Origin: Octopus vulgaris
Lineage: Eukaryota
Direction: 5' to 3'
Length of the DNA stretch: 64,000 nucleotides
NCBI GenBank assembly: GCA_951406725.2
Contig: OX597814.1
Location: forward strand, 56,916,001 to 56,980,000
Position numbers and translations under genes: made by a program. The notes under the pieces were generated by a model, which ran no database searches, had not been told where the DNA came from, and saw only the letters and a list, made by a program, of their open reading frames with translations. Below are positions 62,251-64,000 of this stretch, one piece after another (positions within the stretch are counted from its first letter, which is position 1; the number at the start of each line of letters is the position of its first letter).

Positions 62251-64000
62251 CAGTAGTTTTATTTTTATAGCATGCTTTCACTTCACTACCGAACGCAGCT
62301 CTGTGTGCCTTGGGTATGTGCTGTGATTTGTTGTGATGCTCTGATGGTTATTGTATGGAAAGTGTTCTGCGTAGGATGTGTGCATAATATTATTATTATT
62401 GTCAGCTTCCTTAAATACTGAGAACAGTTTTTTGTTTTGCTCGTGTTTTGCTGCTATCTGGATCAGTTTTCCTTCCTTCTGAAGTAGGTATTTTTGCAGT
62501 CCTATGGTGGTTATTTTATAGTAGTTTTCCAGCTGTATAAGGCCTCTACCACCTTCTATACGTTGTATATATAGTCTTTCTATGTCAGATTTTGGGTGAT
62601 GCATCCTAGATCCTGTCAGTATTTTTCTTGTTTTCCTATCTATTTTGGACAGTTCATTTCGTGTCCAGTTAAGGATATTGTAGCTGTAACTTATAACTGG
62701 GACAGCTAAAGTGTTGATACCTATTATCTTGTTTTTAGCATTGAGCTCTGTGTTTAGTATTGATCTAACTCATCTATAATATTCTTTTTTTATTTTCTCT
62801 TTCATTTGTGTGTGTTGTGTCTTATCTAGTTCATGGATTCCTAAGTATTTGTAAGTTTGGCTTTGGTCTAATTCTTTTATTTCATTGGTTTTATCTAATG
62901 TTATGTTGTTACTCTTAACTAGTTTTCCTCTTTTCATGGTTACTTTGGCGCATTTTTCTAATCCAAATTTCATATCTATTTCTTTGGTAAATCCATGAAC
63001 TGTCTTTAATAGTGTTTCCAGCTGTTTGTCATTTGCAGCGTATAGTTTTAGGTCATCCATATATAAAAGGTGGCTGATCGTTTTGCCGTAACATTTATAT
63101 CCGCATCCAGTTCTATTCAGAATATCAGATAGAGGTGACAGTGCCAAGCAGAAAAGGAGTGGAGAGAGCGTGTCTCCCTGGAATATTCCTCTTCTAATGG
63201 GGATGTCTTTGGTTTTCATGAGTCCCTCTTTTGTTTGGAGGTGTAGGACTGTTTGCCAATTATTCATAGAGTGCTCTATGAATTTTATGATTGTTGGTGC
63301 TACTTTGTTAATGGCTAGTGTTTCGAGGATCCATGTGTGGGGGATGCTATCAAACGCCTTTTTGTAGTCAATCCAGGCCATACTGAGGCCTTTCTTCTTT
63401 CTGTGGCTGTCTTCAGTTACGGCTTTATTAATCATTAGTTGATCTTTACAGCCATATGAGCCTTTGCGGCATCCTTTCTGCTCTTCTGGGAACAGTTTGT
63501 TTTCGTCCAGGTGCTTGTTTAGCCTTTGCGATATCACTGCAGTAAATGCCTTGAAGATAGTAGGGAGGCAGGTTATTGGTCTGTAGTTTTCTGGTTTTGT
63601 TGTTTCATTTGATTTGGGAATTAAGATGGTTTTCCCCTTCGTGAGCCATTCAGGCATTGTCTCTGGCTCTGCTAGTATGCTGTTAAAGTTTTCAGCCAGC
63701 TTTTTGTGCATTCCTGTTAGATATTTCAACCAGAAGTTGGGGATCTTGTCATGCCCAGGTGCCTTCCAGTTGCTTAGTTTTTGCAGTGTCTGGATGACCT
63801 CTTCAGTTGTTATGGGGGTCCAAAGTTGTTCAGATGCCGAGTTTGTTATTTTGGTACTCCTTTTTTTTGGTTGTTCGTTCGCCGACCATACTTCTCTCCA
63901 GAATTCTTCCAATTCTTCTGCCTTGGTGCTGCAGTGACTTCTATTTTATTTTTCCCCAGTTCTTGGTAGAACTTTTTGGGGTTGGAGTTGAACTTTTTGT
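62251..64000 (-). pseudogene. R4/Dong-clade LINE (same family as 29.1-31.5 kb), nuclease domain deleted; continues past the window end
   Basis: 380-aa RT ORF 62770-63912 (QGDTLSP, YMDD); HHPKSDIERLY; 3' end AHILRRTLSIQ* with the UTR abutting (TAA)n. Confidence 0.9.

Overview
AT-rich, microsatellite-dense eukaryotic DNA with no host gene that I can support. The SINE families look like those of octopus (coleoid cephalopod); this is recognition from memory, not a database result. Content: (i) a young, 5'-truncated L1/Tx1-clade LINE (946-aa EN-RT-CCHC ORF, minus strand) that abuts the right terminal repeat of a Tc1 (DD34E, IR-DR) transposon and carries a 1.34-kb inverted duplication of its own RT region; (ii) at least seven R4/Dong-like (RT plus restriction-like endonuclease) fragments next to (TAA)n, (CATA)n and (GAA)n arrays; (iii) a Penelope-like GIY-YIG fragment with inverted pseudo-LTRs; (iv) mariner, maT, Tc1-like, MITE and Helitron-like relics; (v) many tRNA-derived SINEs. 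The strongest signal the ORF track misses is type-I hammerhead ribozyme motifs at about eight loci, mostly in sequence-unrelated non-coding elements next to (TA)n arrays. Three of these elements are fold-back palindromes (arms of about 270, 203 and 34-65 bp). One SINE family also shares its 3' tail with the Tx1 LINE. All alignments were done by eye, so boundaries of old relics are approximate.
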